Shown: positions 23,901 through 38,541, numbered from the whole stretch's first letter. The stretch is DNA of 62,335 nt, filler included, from Choristocarpus tenellus KU-1152 (GCA_964200185.2; 9 parts of 9 records of this genome joined end to end with filler, not necessarily neighbours in it), one strand, 5' to 3'. Program-made: numbers and translations. The notes: generated from the letters alone by a model not told the origin.

Positions 23901-26900
23901 ATGGCTGTAGGTGACATCCTGAAGAAAGTGGCGGAAGGTAGAGGTGGGAAATTGATGTGGCGTGTGGTATTACCCGTGTCCGTCGGGGTCTGCATATCAG
24001 AGTATTTTTTCAAGGTGCTATACGTTCAGGGGCCATCAATGCTCCCCACTGTTGAGGACGGGTCACTTCTATTGCTGGACAAGGTGTGGCATGCGGATCT
24101 TTTCTTGTCCTCCTATGCTTTGCAAGTTCTTTCGTACTAAAGCTAGACCCTCCATTCACAATCTGTAACCGGCAGGAACTTTTCCCCTATTCCCAACTAC
24201 CTTTAATTTGAGGTTGGACTATATAGACATTGCTGCCATGCTCGACCTAGGAGGAGCATCAAAAGACAGCCTTACGTGTGGTAACCCTTCTTGTAGCTTG
24301 TAATTATATCTATTTTCTAGCTAATCTCCTTAGATTACATCGCTCCTTGTCACCTCTAGAGCCAACAGTCGCAAGGGAGATACATCCTGACACTATGCCC
24401 GTGCCCTCTACTCAATGCCTTATCCACACACCCATCACGCCATCTCCCTCTTCCATATTTATTTCACAGCGTCTGAAACCAGCTGGTCCGCGAATGCTTT
24501 GAAATGTCTCTTCTTTGGACCATCGAGAGGTCTCCAAGGAAGCACTGTACTCTATGTACAAGAGCTCTTCTAAAGCGATTGCATGCTGCCCCAAAATAAC
24601 CCTCACCATCACCCTGCTCGTGTTCGCCCATGGTAGAATTGTCCCAACATCTGTAATGCACTCGCTCGTATGCGTGCGAATCCTATCGCAACCAACAGTT
24701 CAGCCTTCGAGTGTTCGGGGTGCGACAGGGCGATGTTGTCATGGCCCGTGCTCCATATGACCCGTCCAAGTGTGTGGTGAAACGTGTGATCGCTTTGCCA
24801 GGGGAAACTGTACAGGTGGCGATATGTGTTGCAATCTTGTGTAGTTGCTGCAAAGGGATGCGTTCATTATTTGTCTTGGAAATGTGGTTCGTATGGTTAG
24901 GAGTTCTGTCCATGCTCCAATCATGTGTTCAAGGTCGGGAAAGTAAATTTTGTGAATGGGTTATGCAGATGTTGACCATATGCTCATGTTATACTTCATT
25001 ATTTTCATTTGTCCCTTTTTTTTCACAATCTGCTCATCCACCACAGGAAATAGCTCCATTTTTTGGTCTCAAAGTGCTGGTATTTCGTAGCACCAACGTA
25101 CAGTATCGTGTTCACTATGTTGGTGGAGTCCATATGTGTGTAAGATTGCTCATTTTGATCCTAATGCTTCCAGAGCACCCCCTGACAATAGATTGATTGA
25201 CCATTGGGCAGGTTCGCCCGCCTCCTTCGGACCCCCACAACACACAACAGATAGAGAAGAGGGCTGAGGTGGTTCCTGAGGTGTGTATGTGATGTATTTG
25301 TTGGAGATTCTCATTATATATTTCACATCTTGTCATGGCTGTTGGCCTGGTTGGCTTTCCCACTCATTTATGTTTCACAGCAACCACTTGCTCATCAGAA
25401 TTGATGTTGAATGCTTATTTTTAAGGAGAACAACACCAATATGCTCAATGTCCGGGCTTCAGAGTGCACTCAATGTCCGGGCTTCAGAGTGCACTCAATG
25501 TCCAGGTTTTTTGCCACAATATTACAAGGACTCTTCATCAGACTGGGGATTCAACCAGGTTGCAATCTAGTCCAAGCCCACGGACCAGGCTTTTGAAACA
25601 TGCGACAGCCTGGTACCTAACCTTTCAAAAACGTAATCAACTGGGATACTCTCCAGACTGGATGTCTCATAAATGCAACCGACAGTACCACACTCTGGAG
25701 TGAACCTTTCACAAGCATAAGTAGCCGGGTCATGGTATGGCTCAGACCCTCTAGAAACATCAGTAAACCAGGACCGGACCAGTCTGGTCAAAGTACATTA
25801 GGTCTGACCCCAACTTGACTCAGCTCTGACTACTGTGTTAGACAGACTGCATGGTGGATGTAAGTATGTCATAGTAGGCAATAGAAGTTCCCGAATGAAA
25901 AACAGTGGAGACAGTAAAAATATATTTTGATACCTTTGATAACATAATGCTTTATGCTGGCGTTGGTCTAGAGCATTTGGCGAAATCCGACCTGTTGTGT
26001 TAGATGTGTAGCACAAGGCTTGCACATCACATCTGCTGTTGTTGTGGGCAATGTTCAATGCCCTTTGCCGTATAATTCCAATTGTTCAGTAAACGACCGA
26101 GGCCAATTGCCCTGCGACTCTGTTGTCCAGCAGAAACTTGAGCCATTGTGGTTTATATCTGTAGCCCAGAACGACAACTGGTTCCGTTTGCCCAACTCTT
26201 ATTTCACGGAGTGGTTCGCTTCTGTTTTGGTATTCTTCATGTGTTGTTTTGATTTTTTCCAGCTGAGAGAGTGATAATAGAGGGAAAGCTTTGGGAGAGA
26301 AAGATGATAGGTGCAAGAATATTGATCCATCTCCATCGTACTTGCATTATTTCAGTCCACAATTGCATTTGCTCTATAATGTAAGAAATATGATAGATGC
26401 AAGATTATTTATCTCTGTCCATCGTACTTGCATCATTTCAGTGCAGAATTGCATTTGCTCTATAATGTCTGTTGTCCAGACAATGCCTTGGCATGTGTAC
26501 CACGAAGACGTTAAATTATGTTCAATGAATGCTACTTTTTCCGAGGTGTGCATATATCATACATTGCACACCTGGACTGAGCCTATCAACGGGACTGCCA
26601 CCTTTCACGAACAATACTGACCCGGGACTATACCTTCCACCACCATTAGGCACAGCTTTGTGTTCCAAACTGGACCTTTCACAACTTAACTACCTGATGT
26701 AGATCCTTGTGATTTTTTTAAGGCACTGCAATTTAGACCTTGGGACTGTGCTGACTGTATCGTAAGCTCCCCAGTGCACCTATCTCATTATCCAACAGCC
26801 GAGTGACTGGTTTAGTTCTATATGCTAATGTCAGGGCTTGTGCTGCACTCTCACGGCAGTACTCTTGTGGTATCAAGGTAACAGCACCATCTATGGGTTG

Positions 26901-28765
26901 TGAGCTTAGTGCACATGTTATACTGCAGTTCAGAGACCTCTCCATGCCTTGTGGTCAAGTAGATGCTACCTTTGCCTCTGGGATCCTGTAGCTGTTTCAC
27001 ATCTACTTGTTGTTTGTCAAGGAGGCTTGTTTTTTCTGATTTGCAGTTTGCTAGTGATTCCTGTTTCCAGGGGTTGGAGCTTCTTTTTTTTTACGTCGAT
27101 AACCCAGATCACGGAGACCTTTCTCTACCTCTGAAACCTTCAACCGGTCCCATGGCAGAGCTTAGTTGAGTTTGTGCTTGTCCCACGTCAGAGGCTTGGT
27201 TGAGGTGTTGTGGTTAATATGAAGGCACACAGCAAGTGTTCGCCGCACTATCCTCAAGGTAGGGTCCCTAACAGCATGCTTCAACAAATTTTGATGAAGT
27301 GGGTATGATGGAATGATCCCTGTTTGGTGTATGATGTATGGAATGACGTCAAATGAGTGCTTCTGATTCCTCTGGTGCACCATCGATCCCCTCTTGTTGC
27401 CAATTTGCCAAGAGAAATTAAATGAACTTTTTGACTCAATGTGCTGCGGTGATCCAAAAAAGGTTACAGCTTTTACTTGTGGAGCCATGGTGTTGATAAC
27501 TGCTATTATTGCGATTTTGACTTGGAAATTAGTCTACCCACCTGCTGGGTCGATCAATAGTCCTTGATACCATTAATTGATAGGCTTGGTAGCCCACGGA
27601 AATTGTAGGTCACTTTCTGGCCCTAATATCTTTTTTCGAGTACCTGAAACTGGGCCTACCCCGAACATTCCTGAGCGTGGAAGAATGGACCTAAAGATTG
27701 TGTTGCCACCATAATTTGCTTGAGAAATTGATCTTCACTATCTTCAGAATATGCCATGTCGTATTTTGTTTGGTCAGGTGCCTGAAGAGAAACTCACTGC
27801 CATGCTTTCTCTAATATGGAACTCATTAGGTGTTTCCGTGAAGAGCAACTTTAAGGTGTCCAGTGCGATCATGATTGCTCATAAACAATCAGAGATTACT
27901 GTATGTATTCCACAATTCCAAGTGCTCCCTGTACTGCGAGTACGTTTATTCCATGTTTTTTTCACCTTACAGTTTTAAAAAAGTGCACAAATTCTTTGGT
28001 GGGAGGAGTTTCGTGATAGCCAATATGATGTATTCTGGCCAAATTGTATCTTAATTAATCCGCACATACTTGAAAGGCGAGAAGACTGATGGATACTACC
28101 AATTGTTGAAAGTGTGTTATTAAATGGTATTTTCCTTGGTCCAAACTTACCCTCTGCCACGAGAGTTCATGAGCAGGACCTAATGCCGTTCTTGGACCTT
28201 CCTTTGTTGAAGCCCTTTCATTTGTTACCGGAGTGTAATCGCCTAGTAGTTGTATGTATTTGCAAGGGCGCCTGACAATGTAGAACAAAGATGGTAGTGC
28301 CGGCCCCATGTGTAGCTTTTTCGATTGACAGCCATCCAGAGCACAGTCTTATCCTTCCCTGTTCACTGTTGTCCCTGACGTGTATATGGATTTGTCTTCA
28401 GTCACCACAGCCGTCTACCACTATGTGCTCTATAGTGTCGCTCTTGCCACTTCCAAAAACCTTAAGTGTCTGTAGTGAACAACATAGGCTAACCAACCTT
28501 TGGCCTTCCCCCTTTGTTCTGGATGGTCATGGCACCTTCACAATTGCCCCAACAAGCACAGGGTCATGTCTGGTTAGAGGGAGACAACGCAACAAATTCC
28601 AAGGATTCAAGGCACTACGGGGCCGTACCTCAGGCCCTTGTCAATGGTAAAGTGTCTCTCCGACTGTACCCTCTTTCCACTGTTGGGTGTCTTCCCCCAC
28701 GGATACAAGTGCCCATGTCATCACCTCCACCACCTGAATCGTCTTCGCAGGTAGTTGATTTGTGA
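23901..28765 (+). CDS. IMP1: Mitochondrial inner membrane protease subunit 1-like (peptidase S26), 4 exons
   Basis: Phase-0 exons 23901-24083 (VQGPSMLPT, catalytic Ser), 24699-24815 ([12 protein letters not shown]...[12 protein letters not shown], catalytic Lys), 25212-25280 (...EVVPE) and 28562-28765 ([31 protein letters not shown]...YP). IMP1 versus IMP2 assignment is less certain than the family. Confidence 0.9.
25444..25503. repeat. 25-bp tandem repeat, about 2.4 copies
   Basis: CTCAATGTCCGGGCTTCAGAGTGCA x2 plus a partial copy, in IMP1 intron 3. Confidence 0.9.
26334..26468. repeat. Imperfect ~50-bp direct repeat
   Basis: TCCATCGTACTTGCAT.ATTTCAGT.CA.AATTGCATTTGCTCTATAATGT occurs twice, about 85 bp apart. 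Confidence 0.8.
26500..28280 (-). mobile_element. Possible highly degenerate retroelement relic in IMP1 intron 3
   Basis: Minus-strand fragments GMFGVGP, RWVD*F and KAVTFFG occur in RT motif order (PFG / YxDD / V.FLG). The intron is 3.3 kb, far longer than its neighbours. Weak. Confidence 0.3.
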
Positions 28766-29499
28766 AGCGGTAAATGCCATCTAATCGCCCAGGTGGGGTG
28801 TGAGTCAATGCTGGGATTGGCTCGCATCTGATGGAGGAAAGGCTGGCGTTAGAACAGATTGATGTAGCAACTGCGACACAAGTTGCCTACATGGCGCCCC
28901 ACCCCTGTTCCTCTTTTGTTGTCACTTGGAGTAAATAGTTTCTTGGTCACAATACTTGTACTGCAGATACCATTAGGGTTTTATAGTGATGTGAGTGTGA
29001 ATTGCCACCATGGAAATATCCTATGGTGCATTGAATGTTGCTGTTCCTCTGTGAGCTTTCCACTCGAACAAAAAAAAACGACGTGAAGGCAAGCCTTCGA
29101 GGATTGGTTTGTACAGTTCTACTATGTATAGCAAACTTTGATGACAAAGGTGGCACAATATATATATATATATATATACATATTTGGAAGTACCCATGCT
29201 GGAAGAAGAAACTGTATGGAAACAGGGACAGAATGCCCTTTATTTCTGAGGGTTCATTCATCGTAGTAGTGCATTCACTTCCCTTCTCTGTGCTGGCCTC
29301 CCTACTGCCTCATGTAGCCATTGTTTCAAGGATATTTTTCTTTTAATCCTTGAAGGATGCTGGTAAAAGGTATGGAGCCCAAGGAATGATACAGTTGTAA
29401 GAGCAGGGGGGTTGAGTCTGGCACAGAACGACTCCTAATCAACCACAGGTAGAAAATGGCAGTCATGTACCAAGTCGTCTGGTCGCTTCGCTTACAGAG

Positions 29500-30100
29500 A
29501 CACAACTTAAACTTCATATCTTGTGGGTATTTTAATTATGAAAACACAATATCGGACAGTTTGGGTGGATGTAACACTTAATGTCTGGATAGATCTACTA
29601 CATGGCGGCTTAAGGTTCTGGAATGGGTAGTGCCGTATATACAAGAGGCAGGACAAGCCTTATGGGCTGGAGAAATACATGTTTTGGGGTGCTTCAAAAT
29701 GTCCCCAAGGAGATGTAGATGGTGTTGGGAGAGCGGGCAATGACCACTCTTAGGTGGTAGCCTGGTGTCACTTTTTCTTTGTGGTATAATCACATTGGGC
29801 TGATTCAAATGAAGAGGGCTTGCCTCTAGATATTTTAATCTCAGCTTCTGACCCTGTTCACAGAGCAAAACACAACCACCAGACAAAGAATGATACCTTT
29901 AGAGGGGTACGGGGTGAGGGCGGACAGGGGAAGATTTGCTAGAAACGTCCATGCATTTTTCTTGGTAGTGAGAGTGAACTATTATTCAAGGCCTAACATG
30001 GTAATGATTTCACACTTGGTACGGATTCGGAATTTTTTAAAAGTCACTACTGTACTGTGTGATAAGGTTTACAGTTGAATAAGTTGTACGATACAATGAT
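29500..30100 (-). mobile_element. Degenerate Copia-like RT relic
   Basis: Fragment KKFRIRTKCEIITMLGLE resembles Copia RT F...DLG....FLG.E. No open frame. Confidence 0.25.
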
Positions 30101-33100
30101 AATTGACATTTTGGAAAGGAGCAGTGGACGATGAGCTTACTTCCTGTGCCCTCTGACATTAACATATGTATCAGGGGGAAAACCATTGAAAAGCAAATTA
30201 TATATCAGAACCCCTGAAAAACTAGCAGTTGTTGTAAATGTGAAAAACATTTTTCTATCATCTATTTACTATTTTCCCTTGAAATGTTGTGGAAAAGGAT
30301 GTGGTAATGACAATTTTGAAAAATAACCTTGTGATTCCATTGTTTCCCACGGTATTTTAATATTCAAACAGCATGGTGGGTCAAAGTATCTTGGGGNNNN
30401 NNNNNNNNNNNNNNNNNNNNNNNNNNNNNNNNNNNNNNNNTTAATTAATTAANNNNNNNNNNNNNNNNNNNNNNNNNNNNNNNNNNNNNNNNNNNNCCCC
30501 CCACCCCCCACCCCCGCCCCATCCTTACCCCTCCTTGTTGCTGCTTCTTATGCAGTGTATACAAATTACATTGCTTTTTCACATTTCACTCTGTAAACTT
30601 CAGTCACTTTTTTATGGGAGAAGGATGGTAAGGAGAGATTAATATACCTTGCTGGCTGGGCAAGATGTGTATGGTGAGGGAATAGTAGAGGAGACAAGTA
30701 TGGAAACTGTTCTGTTACTGTGACTTCACATGTAATGTGGGTGTCTATTTGTTGGTGTTGGAGGAACTTGAAAAGGCGTATTTCAATATTTTATTCGTGT
30801 CAATCAAAGGTTTGAGGCATCAAAGTACGCGATGAGGTTGGAGGTGGTGTTTAGTAGTCTTTTGCTGGGGGTTCAAGCACCTTACTCATGCTGAGTGATG
30901 AAACTGTCAGAAGAGTAGTTTGCCACATCCCCTACTATAGCATGCACTGTACTTTGAGGAGGGAGAGGGGGCATTTTTTTTTTTCCAAGTTTGGAGCAAG
31001 CGCATAAGCTACATAGCGATAGTAGAAATGTGTCATTGCCTCTGTGTGTGTGATACTGGTTTGCCCTATTTATCCCTTTCCTCTTTGTATCTCTGACCAC
31101 CATCAGCTGTAGTTGTTGAACTAAATGCATGGCAAGATAGGGAGAGGTGGAGAAGGTAGTGAAGCAGTGTGGGGGAGTGGGGATGTTGGGTGGAGCGTGT
31201 AGATGCCCTTGTAGAAATGGGCTGAATAATTTTCCTTTTGTGGTGCTGTTCTTGCAGAAGGGATCTGCTTCCCCCCCATCACCACAATAACACTCCGACT
31301 CTGCAACAAGAGTTGTGGTAGGGCTTACTGCTGTTGGGGGGGATTTTTTTATGGTTGGAATTATTGTACTCAGAAAAGGAAATCTAGCATGAACATGTGG
31401 AGACACAAATTGTGTAGGGTGGACGAGAGCGTGGGAGAGAGGAGTTGAAGAGGTTTGTTGCGTTGGTTGCCCCAGCATATTTTTTGATTGCTTGCAGGAT
31501 GGGGAAGACAAGCAGTTGATGTTGCACACGTACAGCCATGTCCACTCTTCCATCGTCGATTTGATAACACAGAGTTGTGGATGCCATGCTATTTCTATCA
31601 GGCTTGGTTTAAACCAAACTCTTCGTAGGAAGTAATCGGTGGTTGGAGATAAGACCAGAAATTGGAAGGTGGAGGTCTGGAGGAAGAGGCGTTGATAATT
31701 CAGCGGGCGGTTTGAAGGATGGAGAGTAAGGAAGAAGTGGAAGCAGGTCTGCTCATGAAGAGGCAGATCCGTGAAGTGGTGGGTGCTTGTTGAAAAGGCC
31801 CAGCTGCCACAGTGATGTATTTGATGGGTTTTGCTGAAGCTACTGTCTATTTACTACTACTGCAGGTAGTATGATGGGTGGGAAAGGAAAAGCTGTTTAC
31901 TAGCATGCGGAGACAAGTAGACCCTTTGAGATGGGGGTACTACTGGATATGTATTGGCCAACACCTCTGAGGTGCTTACTAATGAGGCTGTTATTTTGAT
32001 TCTAGTATACTTTGCACTTACGGTGGTGGAGGGGGGAAGTGGTGTTGAGAATACATGCAATACCTGCATATTCTCTTACACACAAGTGACTATACAGAGG
32101 CTCCTCTCTCCTTGTGATATTTTGTTTTTGTCCTTATCTATGCTTGCTCACGTGACATTATCAATCACTTCACTTGCTGGTGGTGATACTGTGAATGCCT
32201 CACCCACAAGAAATTTCAAGGATACATATTTTTGTGGATCATGGGCAAATGAACTTTGTGGTGACTCCATGGCAGTCAAGTATGTATGCCAGGGGAACTT
32301 TATTTGGACACATGGACACACTGTCATCATTCGTGCATCAACGGGAAAGTTACAATAGTGCTCAAGACCGTTTTCCTCCAAGCACGTCTACAAAGATCTA
32401 TGACAACACTAAGAAAAATGGACCATGTACATCTTACTAATAATTACTGGTATCATTTCATCACCGATGAAGCCTAGTCTGGATTTGTTGCTCACAGATA
32501 TCAAGAGGTAACATTTTGTGATATTTGTGACAGATACTTTGTAGGCCGGTAACTAGGCAGGGGTGTGATGGAAGGGCACCCTGAAAGATCCCAAGTGAGC
32601 TTGGTTGCAGCTCAGTTATTGGTTCCTGGAAGTCAAAGCTTGTTTCGTTCTCTTTTTAGTTGGAAAAAAAGAGAATGTTGGTATTGTTACAGTTAAATAC
32701 AAGAAGCGTCAAAAGGTCTGCATAATAACAGTATTTACCTCTAATGCTCTTAAGAAATTTGACATACATCATCAACGGCCTCTTGTGTAGTCATATCACA
32801 ATGCAACCTTACTGAAATCACTGGGATGTATAACACAGCATGCTGTGAAACAGGACAACTTTCAATGATGCACACTTTACCTCAGAATCAGGTGATTCCA
32901 ATCTAACCCTGCCCAATCCCAATCTGAGGAAGATTCAATTAAATGTACTTTACTCTTGATGCCCGGCAGACTGTAAGGATCATTTTATTGCTCCACTGCC
33001 ACCCTCCTCCGATCCCCACAGATCCCTCTGGAGTAAACTCCCTCTTAGAGACCACATCGAGCATTATACTGATGCTATCTCTCTAGCCAACCTCATCACA

Positions 33101-34791
33101 CACCACACCAATATGGCTTCTACCCTCGCTGCCAACATTTGCCAAACTCATTCCCTGCCTACAGCTATTAGTCCAGCCTCAATCTACATCAAACATCCTG
33201 AGCTTCTGCTGGAACATAATTATGATAGGTTGTTCATTCTAACTACAATAATCAACTCCTATTACGAGCTGAATAATGACGGGGTCATATACTTTGAAAA
33301 TCATCAGCTGGTCGTCTTGATACTGTACTGTATCACCATTATAGAGAGTACTCACAGGTATCATCCCATGTGGAGCTCTGCAGTGATACAAAACGTAGTT
33401 CTTCAATCAGGGTCAGTTAAGATGCGTATGTATAGATCTCGACGCTTGGAAAGATCTTCGAATACACTCAACACCCACACAAGTATGGCTATTTATAAAA
33501 TGCATCACAGAAACAATTCAAAAGAGTATTAGTAGTACCAAAAACATGATACCAGCCTTCAATGATTCAAACATAGGCAGTCAGTCTCAGCAGTTATTAT
33601 CATTGCACACCCCCACATACCCATTCTTCTTCTCCCCCCCCTTCAACTACACTAGGACCCTGCGACCCAGGAGAGTCCTGTGGTTGCAACATTGTACGTC
33701 TTGCCTACCCCCGAGGTCAGCAACCGTAAGGCTTTCTCAGTGGCAGAGGCTCCGTCCTCATACCTGTTTTATCATTCAATTGACAGTGGTGTAGTAAGTG
33801 ACGGAAGGAGAATGTGCTCCAAGCGGTAGGTAGGGTACAAGAAATTCATGCAGACAGGCTACTGTACCATGAAAAGGTGGGAGAATGATGGATGGGAAGG
33901 CCTGCGGGGACAGCGCGCAAGGCGCATCAACAACTAGGAAGAAGAAAAAGAGAACCGTAAAAAAATATATATGCTTTTACTTTTACATTTCAAAGGAGGG
34001 GGGGGAGGGTGATACATTCATGTATGGTAGATTGTTGCGCATGTGCATGCAAACAATACAGCACTCTCCCCACACCAACGTGGTTTGTGATGAGAGTGCT
34101 GATTGTATTTACAGTCACATACATTACACCTGTCTGGCCCCTTCTGGGCAGCACCCCAGTGCAATGAGTACTGGATTTCTTATTGAAAGTGATATTTCCG
34201 GTCTAGGCGTGATCAAGCTATTGTTGCCCGAACCAAGAGGCATACCAAAGGTTGGATGATTTCTTGTCAATGCTGCGGTGTAACGCGAGAACGCCTGGCA
34301 CAGAGACGACACATAAAAAGAATAAAAAGGAGGCATCAACAACAAGTGCATACCAATGCCAAAAACATTATAGTAGCCTACAGAGCAAGCAAGCACCCCC
34401 ATTGGTAGGGGCAACTACCATCTGCAATGGTCATGCGCCATATCACACACCGGCAATACATACACACATACATGGTATGTCATTGGAAGCACCCATACAT
34501 GCACCGAAGTCGAGTAATATGCTTGCTTGGTCGTGCAAAGAGCAAGCGCTCTTGGCAAAAACGGATATGTAATTGTACCAGAAATTCAACAGATTAGATA
34601 GCCAGTGTGCAACTATTTTAGATCTTTAGTGATAGAACAGGATTGCCCTGCAATGGAAAAACTATTTTTAAAAACGCCTCCCTGATGAGGGGGGACAGGT
34701 CGACTCCACCTGTTAGGAAGGGTCTCAAATGTGACTTGAGAATCTAACATTCAAGTACGTAGCACCCACTGTACACAACAAAGGCCCTTAC

Positions 34792-37348
34792 CTTTCAACT
34801 AGTAAACCGTGTTTGGTAAGCAGTTCCGTGGGGGCAGCAGGGTCAGACAACCACATCAACTCCAAACCAACAACGTTCCATGAGCTGTTGGCGATGTAGT
34901 ATGAGCTGCCAGGGGTAAACACCAACTTATCATCCTTCGCTATAGGCACCTGTAACCACAAGGGCATCGCAATAGTGGCACATACCGCATGTGGATTGGG
35001 GGGGAGGCAGGGTTCAGGTGTCCGTGGCTTTATTATCCCTTGGCACTACTGTTGTCGTTTTGGAACTTCCAGCACTGCCATCGATGAACAAACAGAAAAA
35101 GAAGCACACTAATGCCAGAAAATTGGGAGAGGGGATTAGGACGTTGCCGGATCAGACAACCTGTTGTCTTGGCTTTGTATTTAAGCCTGTCTGAGTCTGG
35201 CATCATGTTCTAATAAAAAGGCCCAAATAGCATCATACTGCAAGTAGGAGGTCAGTTTGCGCCTATCATATTCTCTTCACGAGGGTACAAACATGGTAAA
35301 AAAAAACGTTCAGGCCACATTGGGAGATTTCTGTCAACCAGATATTGGGAATTTCTGCTGATCAGTATGATGTTATACATTCTACCGCCCATAACATACA
35401 TACCAATGATGTTATGTACTCAATAGTACATACCATCATTGGGTTTTTCCACAATCATTACACTCCACCAATGCTGGAAATTTAGTATCCCTGCTTGTTA
35501 AGAAAAATGCCTGTACCAAACAACAGAAATGTAGGCACAATGCTAGCCATCAAATTCCGCACCATGGTATGCAAAACCCATTTGCAGAGGTAAGGTTCAA
35601 GAGGTGCTTATCCCCACATTCCTTTGACAGGCACTGCACAAAGACACCATCCTAGAAGGTTGCTGGTGGCGATAGCACAGTTAGTATCTAATAGTTTGCA
35701 CTGTGTCTTACACAATAGACCATCATTGTATTGATTTGGACAGGTCTATGACTCTGTCAACAGCTTGGTGGCTTTCATACAGTGGGCCATGGTCTCATTG
35801 CCGTCCATCAGTAGGATCCAAAACCAGGAAGCAGTGAATCCAATGCCAAGTGGGGATATGTGTAGGGCAGCACTGTGACAGACAGGGTTGCCAAAATACA
35901 ATAGCAGTCGCTATAGTTGGCAATGAAAGTAATTTTTTTATTTAAAGAGTATTCGCACATGAGACAAAGTACAAAGTAGTGAACACTGAAAAAATTAAAA
36001 ATAGAGACAAGCACAACGACCACCATGTTCATTTGCTTCAACTGCATCGCAAGGTAGCTGTCAATAGGGGCGGCTCTATAATGCAGATGTCAACCTTGTC
36101 ACAAGTAAGACCTCTACACATGTAACTATTGTGAACCAAGAGTGTGACAGTGCAGGTGAGCAAGGTGGTACATAAGTCTAACACGACCGATACTATTTTA
36201 TTACTATGATATAACATGATGGTGAAGAAACTGAATAGCGTAGATCAGAGTGTGATCTCATCTGTAAGGTCATATTGAACATGACTAGTAGGGGCACACT
36301 GTGAGGGTCGTCTGGGTGATCCGCAACAATTGTAGCCCAGAATGGGTCTGTAACCTCACCTCCTCTCCCTCGATGAGGGCTACGCCAGTACCTCCAACTA
36401 CAAAGTACGTGTTTGTTCGCTCCAAGCAGATCTCTGGTTTGATTCTCACCATCTTGGGTAGAGTCAAGTGTACCTGAGGTGGGTTGGAGGGTGTCGCTGG
36501 GATATGTGACCTTTTGGATACTTCACAATGTGAAGTCATTGCAGAGGGGGCGTAACAAGGAAGAAATTGGAGCTCGACTTGACCATCAGCCATTGCTCCC
36601 TGTGTCCTACAACTAATATCAATAGCTGAGATTGCGAAAACGATGGATGCGCAAGGTAAACTCCTGACAAGCCCAACCTTACGTAGCTTGGTTCATTGGG
36701 CTTGGAATACAAGCAACCAATTTTCCTCTTTCAAGTTACCCTCTCACCAAGCTAGAGGTAACTGCAGGAAGGTGGCGAGGATGTTGTAGGATGCGGATCG
36801 AACAATTCAGTCCCCCACTTATGATGGACACATCGGCCAAGCATTGCTTCACCCTGTATGAGAAAGTACAAAAGTATTAGATGTAATTGGAACCGAGGAA
36901 CACCTTCAAGGATGGTTTGGTCGGAGAACTAACGGTGAGAACGACGCGGAGAACGCTAGAGCGTGCCCATCCTCACCGGCCACCCATACGTCTTGTTCTT
37001 TCGAGACGTCTTCGCCTTGATGCCTTCCTTACTCGACCCAACACGTACACACCTCCAATCCCACCCGCGGTCATCAAAACCACAGCCAACTTTAGGGAGG
37101 ACACAAGGCCCATCCCTTGACCGGATGACACGCTCTCCTGGGAGTAAGAAATATGGTAAGGGTGCGGTCAACGGTTCTGGAAGGAGAACCATGATGATTG
37201 GAGTCAGCAATTGCTGCACTGAATTGCTCGATCCATCGGACTCGATCAATCCCTATACACGCACCTTGTCTTGCTTCTTGAGGATCCCTGAAGTTTTCCC
37301 AAGCCACCCAAGAGCTACGTTGAGGAAAACGGCTACAGGAAGGGCCAT
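34792..37348 (-). CDS. Hypothetical protein with N-terminal hydrophobic segments and a cupin (RmlC-like) domain; 3' end uncertain
   Basis: Chain of GT-AG exons from ATG 37348: MALPVAVFLNVALGWL...; LKLAVVLMTAGGIGGVYVLGRVRKASRRRR; ...TYFVVGGTGVALIEGEE | VPIAKDDKLVFTPGSSYYIANSS. The last two join into a cupin-like pattern (F.V.G.G...I.GE...I...D...F.PG..(H/Y).I.N). Further exons are possible near 33780-34275. Confidence 0.6.
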
Positions 37349-38541
37349 ACAACCTCGAGTTAGGGGTGGTTGCACCTTGATAAAATCAATTTGAAAAGTT
37401 TGATATCTTTGTTCAATTCGATACAATGTTAGAAGTGTCTAATAGTTTAATGATATAAATAGTGTGTTCTAAAACGAATCTCTCTCCATGTTGATAATGA
37501 GTTCGACCCCAATCGTTACAAGGCCTTGCTCATTGACATAATTTTCCTTAGTGTCGTTAAAGAATATTATGTTGAACTAGCCCAAAATAAATGACATTCT
37601 TGCTGGTGATAGGGACCACTTTACTTCACACTGCGTGCGACTTATTATTGGTGGACACGTCACCTGGATGACAGTTTTAGTAGTAGCTTGTGATATGACG
37701 CAAGGGTGGGTTGAACTGGAGTGCATCACATACATTCCCTGTTAGGCAGACCATATTGATGGAATGGGATGAGTGGACAAGTAGGTAGGGCTGTGGTTGT
37801 AATCATTGCCTCTGGTACAAAGCTTGGAAGGAGTTGGAGCGTTTACCACAATAATAGTGGACTCTTTCTCCCCTCAAGTTTCCCAGTGGGTCTGGGATAC
37901 AGTCGCCGTGCCGTTGATTGTTTTCCCCTACGATAAAAGAGCCAGAGTTCACTGCTGAAGGTTTTGTGGTAACTCTTGTCAATCACTGTAATACTGCAGC
38001 GCGCTTCTCTCATTGTATATTCACAGTCCATGGCTCATGGTTGCAAGCAAGCCAGGCGAGAGAGGAACTACAAAGCATTACTGGAGGAGGGCATGGCATG
38101 TTGGGTTGGGGATCCAGAGCATTGTAGCCCATCGACTGCAAATGGAAAAGAAAATTCGGGGTACTTGGTGTCTTGGCAAGTTGACAAGGGTAGCCTTTTT
38201 GATCTCCCAACGGCTACAGCACGTGTCAGATGGGACTGGTCAACATTTATTTGTATTTCCTCTACATTGTTGATGGACATACATTTGTTTAGGAGTCTTT
38301 GGTGCTTCCGTTTCTGACCAGTTGCCAAGGTCCTTCAGTGAGAGTGGCAGTAGCAGTAGCAATACCACCTGGGTTCTTGGTCACTAGGACTGGAGGGCTC
38401 TTGTATATTATTTTCACTTCAGTATTCCTACCACAGGATGTATGCCTTGTTTTCCTCTTGTCCCAGTTTGATGATGTTCAGCCTTTTAGTTCCATCCAAA
38501 CACCTCATAGCATGTATGTCTTGTTTTCCTATTTATCCTGG

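Noticed and set aside
30882-31553. 223-aa ORF as a real protein
   Set aside because: Low-complexity Pro/Thr/His-rich translation of a GT-rich opposite strand, typical of UTR or intergenic DNA; no motif.
36963-37394. 143-aa plus-strand ORF
   Set aside because: Antisense shadow of the first exons of the minus-strand cupin-like gene.
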